Of a DNA stretch of 64,000 nt, positions 26,020 to 38,520 are shown one piece after another; position 1 is the first letter of the stretch, and the number at the start of each line of letters is the position of its first letter. The stretch is from Podarcis vaucheri (lineage: Eukaryota), in assembly GCA_965113315.1 (NCBI GenBank), contig OZ220367.1, one strand, 5' to 3'. A program made the translations under genes and the position numbers. The notes beneath the pieces are model-generated. The model worked only from the letters and a program-made list of their open reading frames with translations. It searched no databases and was not told the DNA's origin.

Positions 26020-26270
26020 TCCTTTCTAGTGAAGACAGAGCCAAGGAGATGTTGAGCAGTTCTGCCTTCTCTCTGTCACCCAATAGCATTTTTTTGTCTT
26101 CTCCACACAGCAGACCCACTACCTGCTTGTTCTTCCTTTTGCTTTGAACATAGCTGAAGAAACATTATTATTTTTAGCCTCTCTTGCAAGCCTCAGCTCA
26201 TTCTGAGCTTTGCCAGCCTGACCTCTTCCCTGCAACTGTTGGATACTCATTTATACTCCTCCCAGAGATC
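26020..26270 (-). mobile_element. CR1 LINE ORF2 internal fragment
   Basis: Reverse strand gives CREEVRLAKAQNELRLAREAKNN and DREKAELLN, typical of the CR1 endonuclease-RT linker. Confidence 0.75.
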
Positions 26271-26759
26271 AAAACAATCTGCTTCTTCCCCACACCTTAA
26301 CTTTGGAAACTGGCTTGTACTACTGGACTAACATTTAACTCTATGTGTGTGCCCTTGCTTTCTTTTCTATTAATATTAATTAGATAGAGTTCCAAATTAT
26401 GATCCCCTCTCCAAAAGTACAATATTGAAAGAACAGCTGTAGTACACAATAATTATACAATTCAGACACCCCAATCAAATGGAGCATGTGCTCCCTGCAC
26501 ATAGCGTCTGTTTTTAAAAGCCAAAATTCAGCTGAGCAGCTGCTCGGTGGGGACATTGAACTGAATCTTCTCCAACTTCCAAACAACTAACAGCTAAGAC
26601 TATAACTTTTTTAAAAAAATGCACACAATTCATCTTCCAAATATGGATGCATGCATAGAAACCTCTGAATCCATAAACGGTGTCCCTCGCCTACTGTATC
26701 TGGAGTAAGGTAACACTAGCATGCTTATAACACCCAACTAGATTTCTCTTTTATATGGA

Positions 26760-27400
26760 ATTCAGATGAGGTAGTCGGAGTGCTGAATTGCTGTTTGGGA
26801 GCAGCAACAGATTAGATGAAGGTCAATAAACTGAAGATCAATCCAGCTAAAATGAAGGAACATTGGTAGGTCTCCCCAGGGAGGTGATGTTCAACCTGTT
26901 TTGTAAAGGACTGCACTTGACCTGAAGGATTAGATTCTCGATATGGGACTAAGCTAAGCCAGCTTTGTCACTAGAAACCTATGTGGCATTTGTGGTACAT
27001 AACATTTTTCAATAACTGAGGACTGGTAGATCAGCTGTGATCCCTCCTGGACAGGGCTAACCTGGCCACAGCTATCCATGTTCTGATAATCTATAAATTA
27101 GATTGTAATAAGTCTGCCTTGGAAAACTGTGGAAAACTGCAGATTAGGCTACTAATTGTGACTAGGAGATAGGAAAATATATAATCAGTCCTGAAATCTG
27201 GGCACAGTTCAAAGTGTTGACACTCATTTTGTAAGATGTAAATGGTTTAGAATCTGGGTACTGGGACATGGACCTGCCTGAGCACTGAGGTCATCTGCTA
27301 GGTGCCTCTGCCATTTGAGATTTGTGGAATGTTGTCTCCAGGGAGGATTCTGGCACCTGTGTTGTCTTTCTGATGCCAGGTAAAGAGTGTTATATTTTCC
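26760..27400 (+). mobile_element. Decayed L2 LINE ORF2 fragment
   Basis: KLKINPAK-like segment, LATAIHVLIIYKLDCN-like segment and CAGTTCAAAGTGTTG typical of L2 3' coding region. Confidence 0.6.
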
Positions 27401-28642
27401 CGGGCCTTTTAATATTGCTGAGTCTGTTTTACGTTGCATCCTCCCCGGTGTCATATTGCTGTATAGCTTTATGCTTATGTATTTGTTTTGGCTATTATTG
27501 TTTCCTTTCCCCTGTCCTGGAAATATTTATATTGAAGAACAGCATATACAATTTTTAAAAAAACCCCATAAAATATGGATGTGATAAAACCGTGGTTCCA
27601 GGGTCTGAAAAGACTGAAGGTGATTGCAGTGGACCACACTGGAGAAAGCAGATTGCCAGGTTAAGGTATCAAGGTTTTTAAATTGTAGTGGATGTTTTGC
27701 ATGATAAAACATTCTGCTTCTTGAGTAGAAACAGCCTTTTGTTTATTTCACATCAAATTCTGTGTGACTGACATGGCAAAAATTCTTTAGACTTTCCAGG
27801 CTGCTTTTAATGCAAATGAATTCAGTGAAATGAATGATCAGCAGTGAAATGCATCGCCATCCCCATGCTCCTGAAACAGAGGGAACGGCTGGGAATGGTC
27901 ATTCTGCTAAATTATCAGTAATTATGACACTGATTTTCTAAGAATGCTGAAAAATTCTTAACAGCTGTTTCTTTTGAGTCCCAACTCTCAGTTCATTAAC
28001 ATATGTTCACACAAGCAGAAACTGTATTAATATCTCTGTTACTCCATGTCATTCCCCCCTCCCCAAAACTAGCACTTGAGGGCAGCTAAAGATTAGATAG
28101 CTGGCGATAGACCTGCCAGCATGCACATATGGAAATATTCAATTTGTAATCTGATTACAGCACCAAAAAACCCCACACAAAAGCCCACTTGATACCTGTG
28201 GCAGATATATTTCATGGTTAAGTGCAGAAAATTCTCAACAGCGTGTCAAGTTTCTTATGGCCAGCCAAGTCAACTGATGGAAGTAGCTCTTTAATTCCTG
28301 GGGAACCTCTTCAAACAGGCACATGTCAGGCCCAATTTGAACTCACAGAGAGGTACGCTAATTGTTGGGCGGTATGTAGCAGCATAATGCAGCCATTTGC
28401 AAAACTGTGCCCCTTGTAAAGCTTTGCATGTGAGAGATGAAGTGCCTGTCTTTGTTCTAGGGAAGGACATGGGCAACCTTCCAGCTTCTGAAATCTCTTG
28501 GCGCATGTTTTGCTTTGCCAGAGCTGGAAGGGGAGAATGACAGGGGACTGGTTTCTTCCATTACAGAGACTCATTACAGGAGGTCTGATCAGAAGATACT
28601 CCTCCAAATAACTGGAGGGGGCAGGGAGCAAACCTGTTAGAC

Positions 28643-28966
28643 CATGGGTAGGCAAACTAAGGCCCAGGGGCCGGATCCAGCCCAAATGCCTTCTAAATCC
28701 GGCCCACAAACAGACTGGGAATCAACGTATTTTTACATGAGCAGAATGTGTCCTTTTATTTAAAATGCATCTCTGGGTTATTTGCGGGGCCTGCCTGGTG
28801 TTTTTACATGAGTAGAATGTGTGCTTTTATTTACAATGCATCTCTGGGTTATTTGTGGGGCATAGGAATTCGTTCATCCCCCCACCAAAAAAAATATAGT
28901 CCAGTTCCCCCCAAGGTCTGAGGGACAGTGGACCGGCCCCCTGCTGAAAAAGTTTGCTGATCCCTG
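28643..28966. mobile_element. hAT-Charlie MITE, 324 bp
   Basis: TIRs CATGGGTAGGCAAACT / AGTTTGCTGATCCCTG; perfect TSD TGTTAGAC (28635-28642, 28967-28974); internal ~60-bp duplication at 28731-28861. Confidence 0.92.
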
Positions 28967-31900
28967 TGTTAGACTGTAGCAAGTACCGGTCGTTATCCTT
29001 TGTAGGCAGTACCATTCCCAAGCAGCCGAATCTTAAGGAGCACTTTGAAGTTTAAAGAAGATTACTAAGTGGGCAGGGTGGTGGTGGTGGAAATGACAAC
29101 AATAGAGCTTTATACAATTATCATGGGGGTAGAAAGAGAAATGTTTCTTGTTCTTGCAGGATCCTCTAATAAAGTTGTTGGTAGGTTCAGGATGTGGTGA
29201 TGGCCATTGGTTAGTTAGTGTTTGGAAAACAATAGGAAAATTCAGTCTATTCCCAATCTATGTCACTTTCACAATTGTTCATTCATAGGTCTATTTTATT
29301 CCATTTCTGCATTATAATCATCATCATCCACACAAAATGTAATTTAAATACATTTTTGAACATATTTTCCCCTGAAAACACACATTTCCAAATGTATTAA
29401 TTTTAAAATAAGCATTTTAAAATGTATTTTACTCCATTTTTGGAGCCAAGAATTTGCAGCCAAAAATGTTGCAAGGCAACATTTGGAAAAGTGTGAAATC
29501 TGGAGCATAACTAGGTTCCAATCCTATATTGTCTTTTTCAAAGAACAAATTCCTCAAGCAACCTTCACACTAAGAGGCAATTTGTTGGCTGCTGGAAAGA
29601 GAATGCTAGACCAGAGATGGACCTTGGTCTGATCTCTGAAGACAGTTTTTATGTACTTGTGATGTAGGAGTCATTGCAGATATCCAACTGAATATGAGAC
29701 AACAATAGTATAATGGGCCGCCCCATTCTGTTTTGCCCAGTGAAGAGAGAACCCTCTCTCTTTAAAGACTTGTGTAGCCCAATAGTTGATGGGAGATAAA
29801 AGAACAGGTTTTCCTTAATAAGCACCATCCCAGTGTTAAAAGTGACCTAAAGTTAACTCTATCAGCAGAATAGCCAGTGAAAGGAAGAATTAGGCAAATG
29901 CTGAGTTACATCTTCCACCTCCCTCAAACATATTCACAACCCTTACCCATGCATGCATTTATACACAGTCTCTGACAGACACACACAGACCCGTGGGCAC
30001 ACACAACTCTAACTTGAACACATGCAACAAGTATAACTCCTTCAAATCTTGGAGCTAGGGTAAGGGAGTTCTATTGGCATTGCAGGGGCTCTTTCCTATC
30101 CAATATGACCCTTCCATTTGCCTCTATCATTATAGGACACCCTACAATGAGGAAAGGGATGGATTCTGCAGATACAGTAGAGGCTGAGAGAAGAGCCCAA
30201 GGCTAGAACATGTGGCTAGGGTGAGATTCAAACCAGGAACCCCTCAATTTAGCTTCTTGATCACTGGCTTAAACCCAACCCAAAGAAGCAGGCATAGATA
30301 GAATGGGTTTTAAATACTTCCCAAAGCCTATTAGGTTTAGGTTTTTTGAAAATCTTGCATGCACTCTGCCTTTCCCAATATGGTGCATGCATAATTTTTT
30401 GTAAAGAGGTTACATTCATCCTGCCAGACACATTAATGCCCTAGGATTAAAAAGAAACAGAAATATATTGGACTCTACGCAAGATCAGGCCAAACCAGGG
30501 GATGGCAGAGGGGTAAGTGAATGTGTATCAAATGGCAAAATGCCAACAGGGCTTCTTTTTTTTAAATATACAGTATGCTGTACCAGTTAGGTCAAGAACA
30601 GGAAAGTTCATCCTGTCTCACGCCTCCTAGAGTCAGCACAAAGAAACACCCGCCATTGGCCTTCACATACCCTAGACTCTGGCATTTCAGATAACACTGA
30701 ATTAAGCTGAAATGTACCTATTGTTTGTGTTCTGCACATGTCAGATCAGAATCTGGCCTCCTCACATCACTATTACTTTCAGGCAATAACATTTTTCACC
30801 TACCGTCTATCAGAGGAAAATATCTAAGGTCTTCACAGAACGTGAGATCCAACTTTAATCCAGCTTTGCCAAAAGGGAGGAGATTAGGAAGAAAGCCAAA
30901 CAAGTCTTGTTGGCTGAGAAAGAATCATCTATCAATTTCCCCACCAAAAAAGAAAAAAAAAGGATATGAAAAAGTGCTGCCCCTCATTTTCCTGCCTACC
31001 ACACAAACGGAGCTTCATAAATAAGGACATTTCAGCCTGCTTCATCATGACTTTTGAGCAGAAAGATTTATTTCAATAAATCCTCTCAAACTGTGCCTCT
31101 CGGGCCAAAGAGCCCTGTTGTCCAGATTTCTCAGAGAGGCCTACAATGCCTAGTCTCCTAAGGGTTATCAGTTATGTCATGCATTATGAATAATCCAATC
31201 AGAGCAGTGGGAAACAACATTTCTATTTAATACCAGGAGAAACAGTGGAAGTCAGCGATTGATACCAACACAATGATGGGAAAAAGTGTCCAGAGGTGCT
31301 ACTCACATAATCTCATTTTACAACATCTTGAAAATTCAATAGAAAAGTGCTCAGCTAACAATACCCCAATGGCACGCTTCTGATTATTGTTCCAAAATGT
31401 TCCATAAGACCCTGAACAATAAGAATGCTCTCTAAATATATCTCAGCACAAACAAATTGTTTCTCTGTTTTGATTTTTTAAATAAACTGCATATTGTTAG
31501 TCAACAATCGGTATACCCTTAAAATCTATGCATCTCAACTGCTGGTACATATAAAGGGAAATGAGGTATTGGGTTGGGAAAGAGTTGACACAAAAGTATC
31601 ATTTAAAATCATTATGGGAATCAAGTATCTGTTTGCCTGCCCTGAGAAATGTTCACGGCTCTTTAGCTTTTTGCTTCTCCACCAAAAAACATGACACTGC
31701 ACTATTCAGAGTTTCAGGCAAATGTTGAGACAAATATATCTTTATGCAATTTGATTTTCTTTAAAATCCTGTAGTTCACATAGGAACTAGAGCACATGAA
31801 TTGAAGAAGGAGTTAAAATGCACAGTTAAAAACAAGGATTCTGAGGGATGCTTTTGCACAGCAATAGAGATAATTATAGTATCTTCCCAAACCCGTACTG

Positions 31901-31996
31901 TCTTGTAGCAATTGGATCATTTGACTTAGCCATCTTTTCCTCATCTTATAATTAATGGTAATTAATGGTAAATTGGTAAGCAGCTGAAGACTTTCT

Positions 31997-32026
<30 letters not shown>
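31997..32026. repeat. (ATC)n microsatellite
   Basis: ~10 ATC units; source of the poly-Met ORF 31813..32028. Confidence 0.95.
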
Positions 32027-32027
<1 letters not shown>

Positions 32028-32239
32028 ATTCAATAACAATAATAGTAATGGTAACAATAGTGGTGAAAATAGTAGTAGAGTATTTTTACTCTGCTCCTCT
32101 CCCAGCCCAGATCAATAAAAGTAAGACAGCCCCTGCTCATTATGCTTTCAGTTGAAGCAAGATATGACACAAAAGGAAAATGGATTGGAACCAAGGAGGA
32201 AAGAAAGAAACTTAAGTACCAGTTCTTAGTTACAAGTTC

Positions 32240-32420
32240 TGTGTCCAGTTCTGGGCACCACAGTTTAAGAAGGATATTGAGAAGTTTGAATGTGTGCAGA
32301 GGAGGGTGACCAAGACTATCAAGGGTCTGGAAACCAAGCCTTATGAGAAACTGTTAAGGAAGTTGGGGGTGTTTAAGCCAGCCTGGAAAAGCAGAGACAG
32401 ACTCCTCAGTCATCTTCAAA
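32240..32420 (+). mobile_element. CR1 LINE ORF2 C-terminal fragment
   Basis: Translates CVQFWAPQFKKDIEKFECVQRRVTKTIKGLETKPYEKLLRKLGVF. Confidence 0.88.
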
Positions 32421-35400
32421 TGGAGAGCAGATGGCAGCCCTGGATGTCTTAACCTTCCTCCCTCTGCTGCAAACTCTCTCAAGAACTTGCTCTTGAGAGA
32501 GATGTGTGAGCTCAGAGGCGGACCACTGATCCAGATTTCCACAACCCTAGAATCTTCCTTACATCATTACTGAGAGGTGGGCTATATTCCAGCAGAATTA
32601 GGTGGTAGAAACCTGAAGTACTGGAATTAACTGTATGACTTTAAACTGTAAATGGGTGGGGGACAGAATGTTTATGTTTTCTTCTTTAAAAAACAAAACT
32701 GTAGAATGATGTTGTTGTGGTTTTGGAAAAGGATATCAATGAAAAAAGTTTCTGCCCCAGTTCATTTAAAGGAACTTTTTTAAAAAATGCAATTATCTGA
32801 CTGTAGACTCAACCATTCTACCAACACATAACTCCCACTCTATTCTACTGCATGTGTCAACAAGACTTCAATAATCAGATGACACCACCAAATTCAGCAA
32901 TAGAGGTTGCCCCCTCAAATCTATTATGTATTGCTCTACCTCTCTAGGATATCCTGAGGATTGCTGCCTTGTTTTATCCTGATGCCTTCTCTCCATGCCT
33001 CTTGCAACAAACGCTGAAGCCAGTTAGTGGCACTGGCAGAGTGGCAAAGCAGCTCAATTTTCCCTACTGTGATTTATTTGGGAAACCCTGCAGTTAAGTG
33101 ACTGTTAAACACATATTATTTATTGTGAATCTGCCTTGTAGAATCCAAGTAGGCGGCAAATATGCATTTTGTGGGATTTTTTAAATAAAAAAAATCTAAT
33201 AGAAAACATTGTCAGTAACCATAGCCATCATCTCCTGTATATATGGGATCCCTATTTTTAGACTCCATTTCTGCAAATACTTAGGTTAGGACTTTAAACA
33301 TCTGAAGAAAGTAAGGCTACTGCAAGCAGGGCACACTTTAATTGTGCCTAAATATCCAATATCTTAACCCCGCTTTCAGAATACACAAAAGCAGCCCTGA
33401 AGATTAAACAACACATTGAAATACTTTTTTCTAGGTCACCATTGTTTTAAAAGCAAACACAGCCTTAAAACTGTATTATATAATAGTGTAAGCAAAAGAT
33501 GCTGAAAAAATCATTAGCTCCAAAACGAAACGTTGAATTGTGTTACAGAATCAACTATGGTGAGTAAAATAAATGTGTCATGAGTGGCAAAATGAAATGA
33601 AATACTCCTTTTTGCTACAGGCTCTTAATCTTGGTGTTTATTTTTACAGCCGTTAATATGCACTTTTTAAAGCAGATCCAGAAAGTGTCTTTAGCAAGCC
33701 TGACTGTCAGCTGCCATCTCCCAAATATGGCTTATGCCTGGAGCTTGCAATCCTATCTCTGTTTCGCCTACAATCCCAGTTGCAGTGATTATTTTTGTTT
33801 GGCTGTGCCGAAGCATTAATTTTATAGATTTGCCAAAGATCTGTTTACAGTCGATATAAACACAATGTACTGAGTTCAGAAGAACATCAGAAGAGGAAAA
33901 TTCCAACTTCTGAAAACACTTAAAGATGATCAAACACGTGGAATGGACTAATAATTTTTGGGGGGAATTTTGACTCAACTGTCAGGCGATCAACTTTGTT
34001 CTCTCTCTAGGGCATTGGGACGTTGCCCTCGTTAGAGCTCTGTAATGAACTGAAGCTTGTTTAAAGAAATAGAGACCCCATTATGCAGGAACTCCAAAGT
34101 ATAAAATATTTCACTTAGGAATTAAGCCCACCTCCTCCCCAATCACTTGACTCTTTCAAAGACCTTCAAAGCACCTTATTTTTGGCATCTGGTGTAGATC
34201 GTAACATTTGAGCTCTGCCAGCTGAATACATTTACATATACTTTGCACATTAAAAAATATAGTTTTTTCCTGCCCTTTGGCTTGTATAATAAAAAGGTAC
34301 AGGCACAATTGCTGGTCCTGCTCAAACAGTAATTTGAATAAAATTTTAGAGCCAAACTGGAATGAAATCCACCGAGACCAATGCAAGTGGATTCAAAGGA
34401 ATTTATGTCTATCCCGCTCTGTAACTTTGAACATGCTCCCTGGTCCTGTGTAGCTCAGGCCTTTCCAGTTCCACTCCCTCCTCATATTCACTTACTTTAA
34501 AGCTATAGGTTCTGTTCAGCACCAGTCCAGGAAGGACCCTATTCATCCCATCCACCCTGTTCTTTGAGAGCTTCAGAACCGAAAAAGGCATTTGGGATTA
34601 TACATGAATTCATGGAGGATCATCAGTGACTACAAGGACCCTCCGTATACAGAGGGAGTAGATCTCTATGCACCAGTAGCTGGGGCGTTTATGCTATTTA
34701 TTGTCAAAATGGATGTTCAAGATTACACTACTGAGATGATTTCACTTTCTTGGAAAGGTCCTTATATCCAGCTCAACCAAAGTGGAACCTAGGACTCAGA
34801 AAGTGTGACTAACAGTGACAGTTATGTCTCTGGCCTGAACAAAGTTTTATTTCCTATAACTAATGGGAGACCTTTCAGAGTGGCTGATAACAGGAGTCTG
34901 GCTCAAAATTAGCCTTCTTTAATTAAATATTCAGATTCTGGATTGGGATGGGATAGATTCCTACTTGTGAGAATGCTCATCAGGAGGCTGAAAGGCAGGA
35001 GAATTCCCTTCCCTCCCCCATAATACCATCCAGCCTCTCAACAGAGTATCAACGCAGGAAATCCCACAGATGTGTATTCCTGGAATTCCCTTCCCGTTCT
35101 GCAGGAAAAAGTTGCAAAGGTGAACAATATAGCGGATGGATTATTGTTTCAATTGAATCAGAATAGACTGAGTCGTTCAGAATTATTTCATCTCATCCAA
35201 AGGTTCTGTGAGAATATCTGAACTCTATGTCTGCAAAAGCCAATAACTGCCACATGATCATATATGACATAGAGCTGCTTCACCAAAAACTACTTTCTTT
35301 GTTCTTTGAGAAAGCAGCACCACACCCACCCAGTATATACTTTGTTATTAGGAACATCAGATCTTGTGGTATTAAAGCTGTGTACAATTCACTTTTGGTA

Positions 35401-37249
35401 CTTGAAATCGCCTCTTGATTTCAGCCAAGCAAATGTTGGGGACTTTTGTTTCATCTTCAAGTCAAATAATAGGAAACTGCTCACATTCCTGGAGCCAGAG
35501 TGTCTCAGCAGTGGGGCGCCTAAAACAAAAGCACCCGGGGGGCCATAAGGGTGTTTAATTTGTTTATTGTTTCTAAAATGACTTTTATTGCATTGGAAAG
35601 TCTTGGAATTGAGAGGCCTTGAGAACCAGTTCCTAAGGTTTCCATACACAAAGTGTATATGCAAAGGAGTTTTTGATGCTCATCTTTCACTGAAAGTCAA
35701 TGGGAATAGGGGACAAGACTTCTAATTCAAGGCCTCCCCACCATTCTAGGCTGTGTCTAGGCAAATAAAGCCAACTATTTCAATATTCATTGTACAGTCT
35801 TTTATCTGATAACCAGTGACAGCATTTTTTGGAGATGAGATCACTTCTAAGCTGACTCTTTGGGCTTTATATGTGAGAAAACATTTCATGAAAACAGGTT
35901 TTCTATATTGTTTGTTTGAAGAAGATCACTTTAGCTCCAGCCAAATCCTAGGGCAGGTTCACCTGGCTGGATTGTACAGCCAGAGCTCTGCATATTTAGC
36001 AAGTCCATGATCGCACTACACAAGCAAAGAACCTGGCTTTCACGTGCAGAATTTAGCATTCTGAAAAATTCAGCTTCCATTTTGTTGAATTTTTCAGTTA
36101 TTACAAACATACAGAACTAACCCCCCCAAAGTGTAGTAGGGCTCAAGAATGGATATATACTTGTATATATATGGAAATCTTGAAGCCATTGGGGAGGGGT
36201 ACTTTTCTGCCCAGAGTTTGCCAGAAAAAAATTGGAAATGTTTGGAAAAAAATGCAAAAAATAAATAAGTCAGCACTTCAAAAAAAAAGTACTCTTAATA
36301 TATTAAAACTAACTTTGCTACTTTAGGAACATAAAACACATTATGTATAATTTGGTTGACTAAAGAATAATCATGTCTGGCATATTAAAAGTAGAGTTTA
36401 TTCAGACAATAATTGTAAATAAAATTTATTTTTTAAAGTTTTGTTACAAACAGAGCTACAAGCTGCTGAACTGTAAGGAACTTAGCGTCTCTTTGGTACT
36501 GCCAGTTTATGAGGGGCAGGCAAAAAACAATAAAAACAAACCATCAACATATACCCCTCGGTGCTCCCAAGGAAGTTACAAAGGACATTGCCCTCTCCTG
36601 TTTATCTGCAGCACATAGTTATCTGATAATGTTTTCCACTGGTTTCTGCCTTGCATTATAATGTTTGTAAGTAACCAGTTCCTTTTACTATTGCTAAATA
36701 TGAGTAATGCCAGCAATGTAGCCAAGTTCAATAAGAAGAGCCTTGATGGATCAGATGGGGGGGGGGACTCCAGCTCACTTTATTTTTTTAAAAAAATAAA
36801 ATCTAAAAACCAGCTCACTTTAAGCTAAGTGCTTGGGTATCTTTCTTTGGGATTCTTGCTTGCCATGTGTACTTTTCCATCACCCTCCTCACATCTGGCC
36901 TGTTTTTGGTTTTTACATGATCACTAGAAGTATGAAAGCCGCGGACCACATAAGCAAACGTCTGCCTTTGAATGTGTATTTTCAGTATGTGACCTGTCTT
37001 TTATGAGTTGGTTTCTGTATTTTTAACACTGCTTGGCAGTGTTTTCCAAGGGGAAAGACCTGGCTGAACCAATGAACTTACATATGATATGCCCTAGATA
37101 TCTCTAAACACTTACTTAGTCAGGTCCATTGGCTGGCTGAGAAAACACAAAACACAAAAACAAAACTCAAAAACTAAGAAAATACTTTACTCCAGTAAAT
37201 ATCTGACAACAGCTTATGATAGCAAATAAAATCAAATGATCATATATGG

Positions 37250-37400
37250 CTTTAGACTCAAGTATCTAAAGGACCACCTGCTTCCATATGAACCTGCTCA
37301 TTGGCTGAGATCATCTTCAAAGACCCTTCTTTGAAGTGATGAGGGAGTGACTAGGAAAAGGTCTTCCTAATGGTGACACCTCAGTTTTGGAATGCTGAAC
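37250..37400 (+). mobile_element. L2 3' fragment
   Basis: TATCTAAAGGACCACCTGCTTCCATATGAACCTGC..CTGAGATCATC resembles 46490-46720. Confidence 0.5.
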
Positions 37401-37469
37401 TAACTTTTGCAGGAAGAGAGTCTGAGGAACTGAGGCAGATAGTGGTGAAGAGAGATGAAGTTCTAGGCC

Positions 37470-37930
37470 TAACAGACAAAATAAAAACTGGCAAATCACC
37501 AGATGACACCCACCCAAGAGTTCTCAAAAGAACTCAAATGTAAAATTGCTTATTTTCTCATAAAAATATGTAGCTTGTATAGACCAGCCTCTGTACCTGA
37601 GGATTTGGAAAACAGTCAATGTAACACATTTTTTTTAAAAAAAGAGATAAAGGATCCTGGAAATTACAGGCCCCTTGGGTTAACGTGTGTCCTGGGAAAA
37701 CTAATGGAATTTATTTTTAAAGATAAAATAACCAAGCATACAGAAGAACAAGCCCTGCTGAAACATAGCCAGCATAGCTTCTACAGGGGCAAGTCCTGTC
37801 TCACAAACATACAGTACTAGTTTTTGCAGAATGTCAGCAAGCACATAGAACAGAGGTGATCCAGTTAACATAGCATACTTGGATTTTCAAAAGGCTTTCA
37901 ACAAGTTTCTTCACCAAAGACTCCTAAGCA
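37470..37930 (+). mobile_element. CR1 LINE reverse transcriptase fragment (frameshifted)
   Basis: HPRVLKELK, DPGNYRPLGLTCVLGKLME, QHSFYRGKSCLTN and YLDFQKAFNK motifs with stops and frameshifts. Confidence 0.92.
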
Positions 37931-37934
37931 CTGT

Positions 37935-38520
37935 TGTCCATGTGCTGGTAACCTTCATATTGGATTGCTGCAATGCTCCCACTGTAGGGCTGATCCTGAG
38001 GCAAATCTAGATGCTGCAGGAACTACAAAATATAGAGCGTCAACTGTTCACTGGGGTAGGCTATCACCACCACATTATGCATGGCTGCCAATTGGATACC
38101 AAACTAAGGTGTTGGTACTGATGTACAAAGTGCTATACAGCTCGGGGTGATACCTAAGAGATAGTCTCATCTCTTGTACACTCAACCAATCACTGTAGCC
38201 TGCAGGAGAGCACATCTTGCACCTATGATTTTACCAGAAGGCCTGTTCTTTATGATGCCAGAATTGGGCCTTTTGGGCACCTACCCTTTGGTGGCACCTC
38301 CCATTACATACATGTCAGACAGGCTCCATCTCTATTGTCTTTTTGGTGCCTCTTGACAACTTTCCCTTGTTCAACACAGCAAGCTTCTAAATGGAGATAT
38401 TTTTATCTCCGTCTGTATCTGTACTGTATTTGAAATTGTTTTTATACATCTAATAGTCTTTACATTTGCAATTGTTTTATGTGTTTTATTGTATTGTAAA
38501 ATTGCTTGAAGAGGCTTCAT
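37935..38520 (+). mobile_element. L2 LINE 3' fragment
   Basis: VHVLVTFILDCCNA..GL and AWLPIGYQTKVLVLMYK correspond to L2 LDYCN / LHWLP..FK motifs; T-rich 3' UTR follows. Confidence 0.75.

Noticed and set aside
31813-32028. Poly-Met protein (also the SL-repeat ORF at 23272-23493)
   Set aside because: Translations of (ATC)n and (GA)n microsatellites.
37503-37820. Functional reverse transcriptase gene
   Set aside because: Short, frameshifted, stop-containing CR1 relic.
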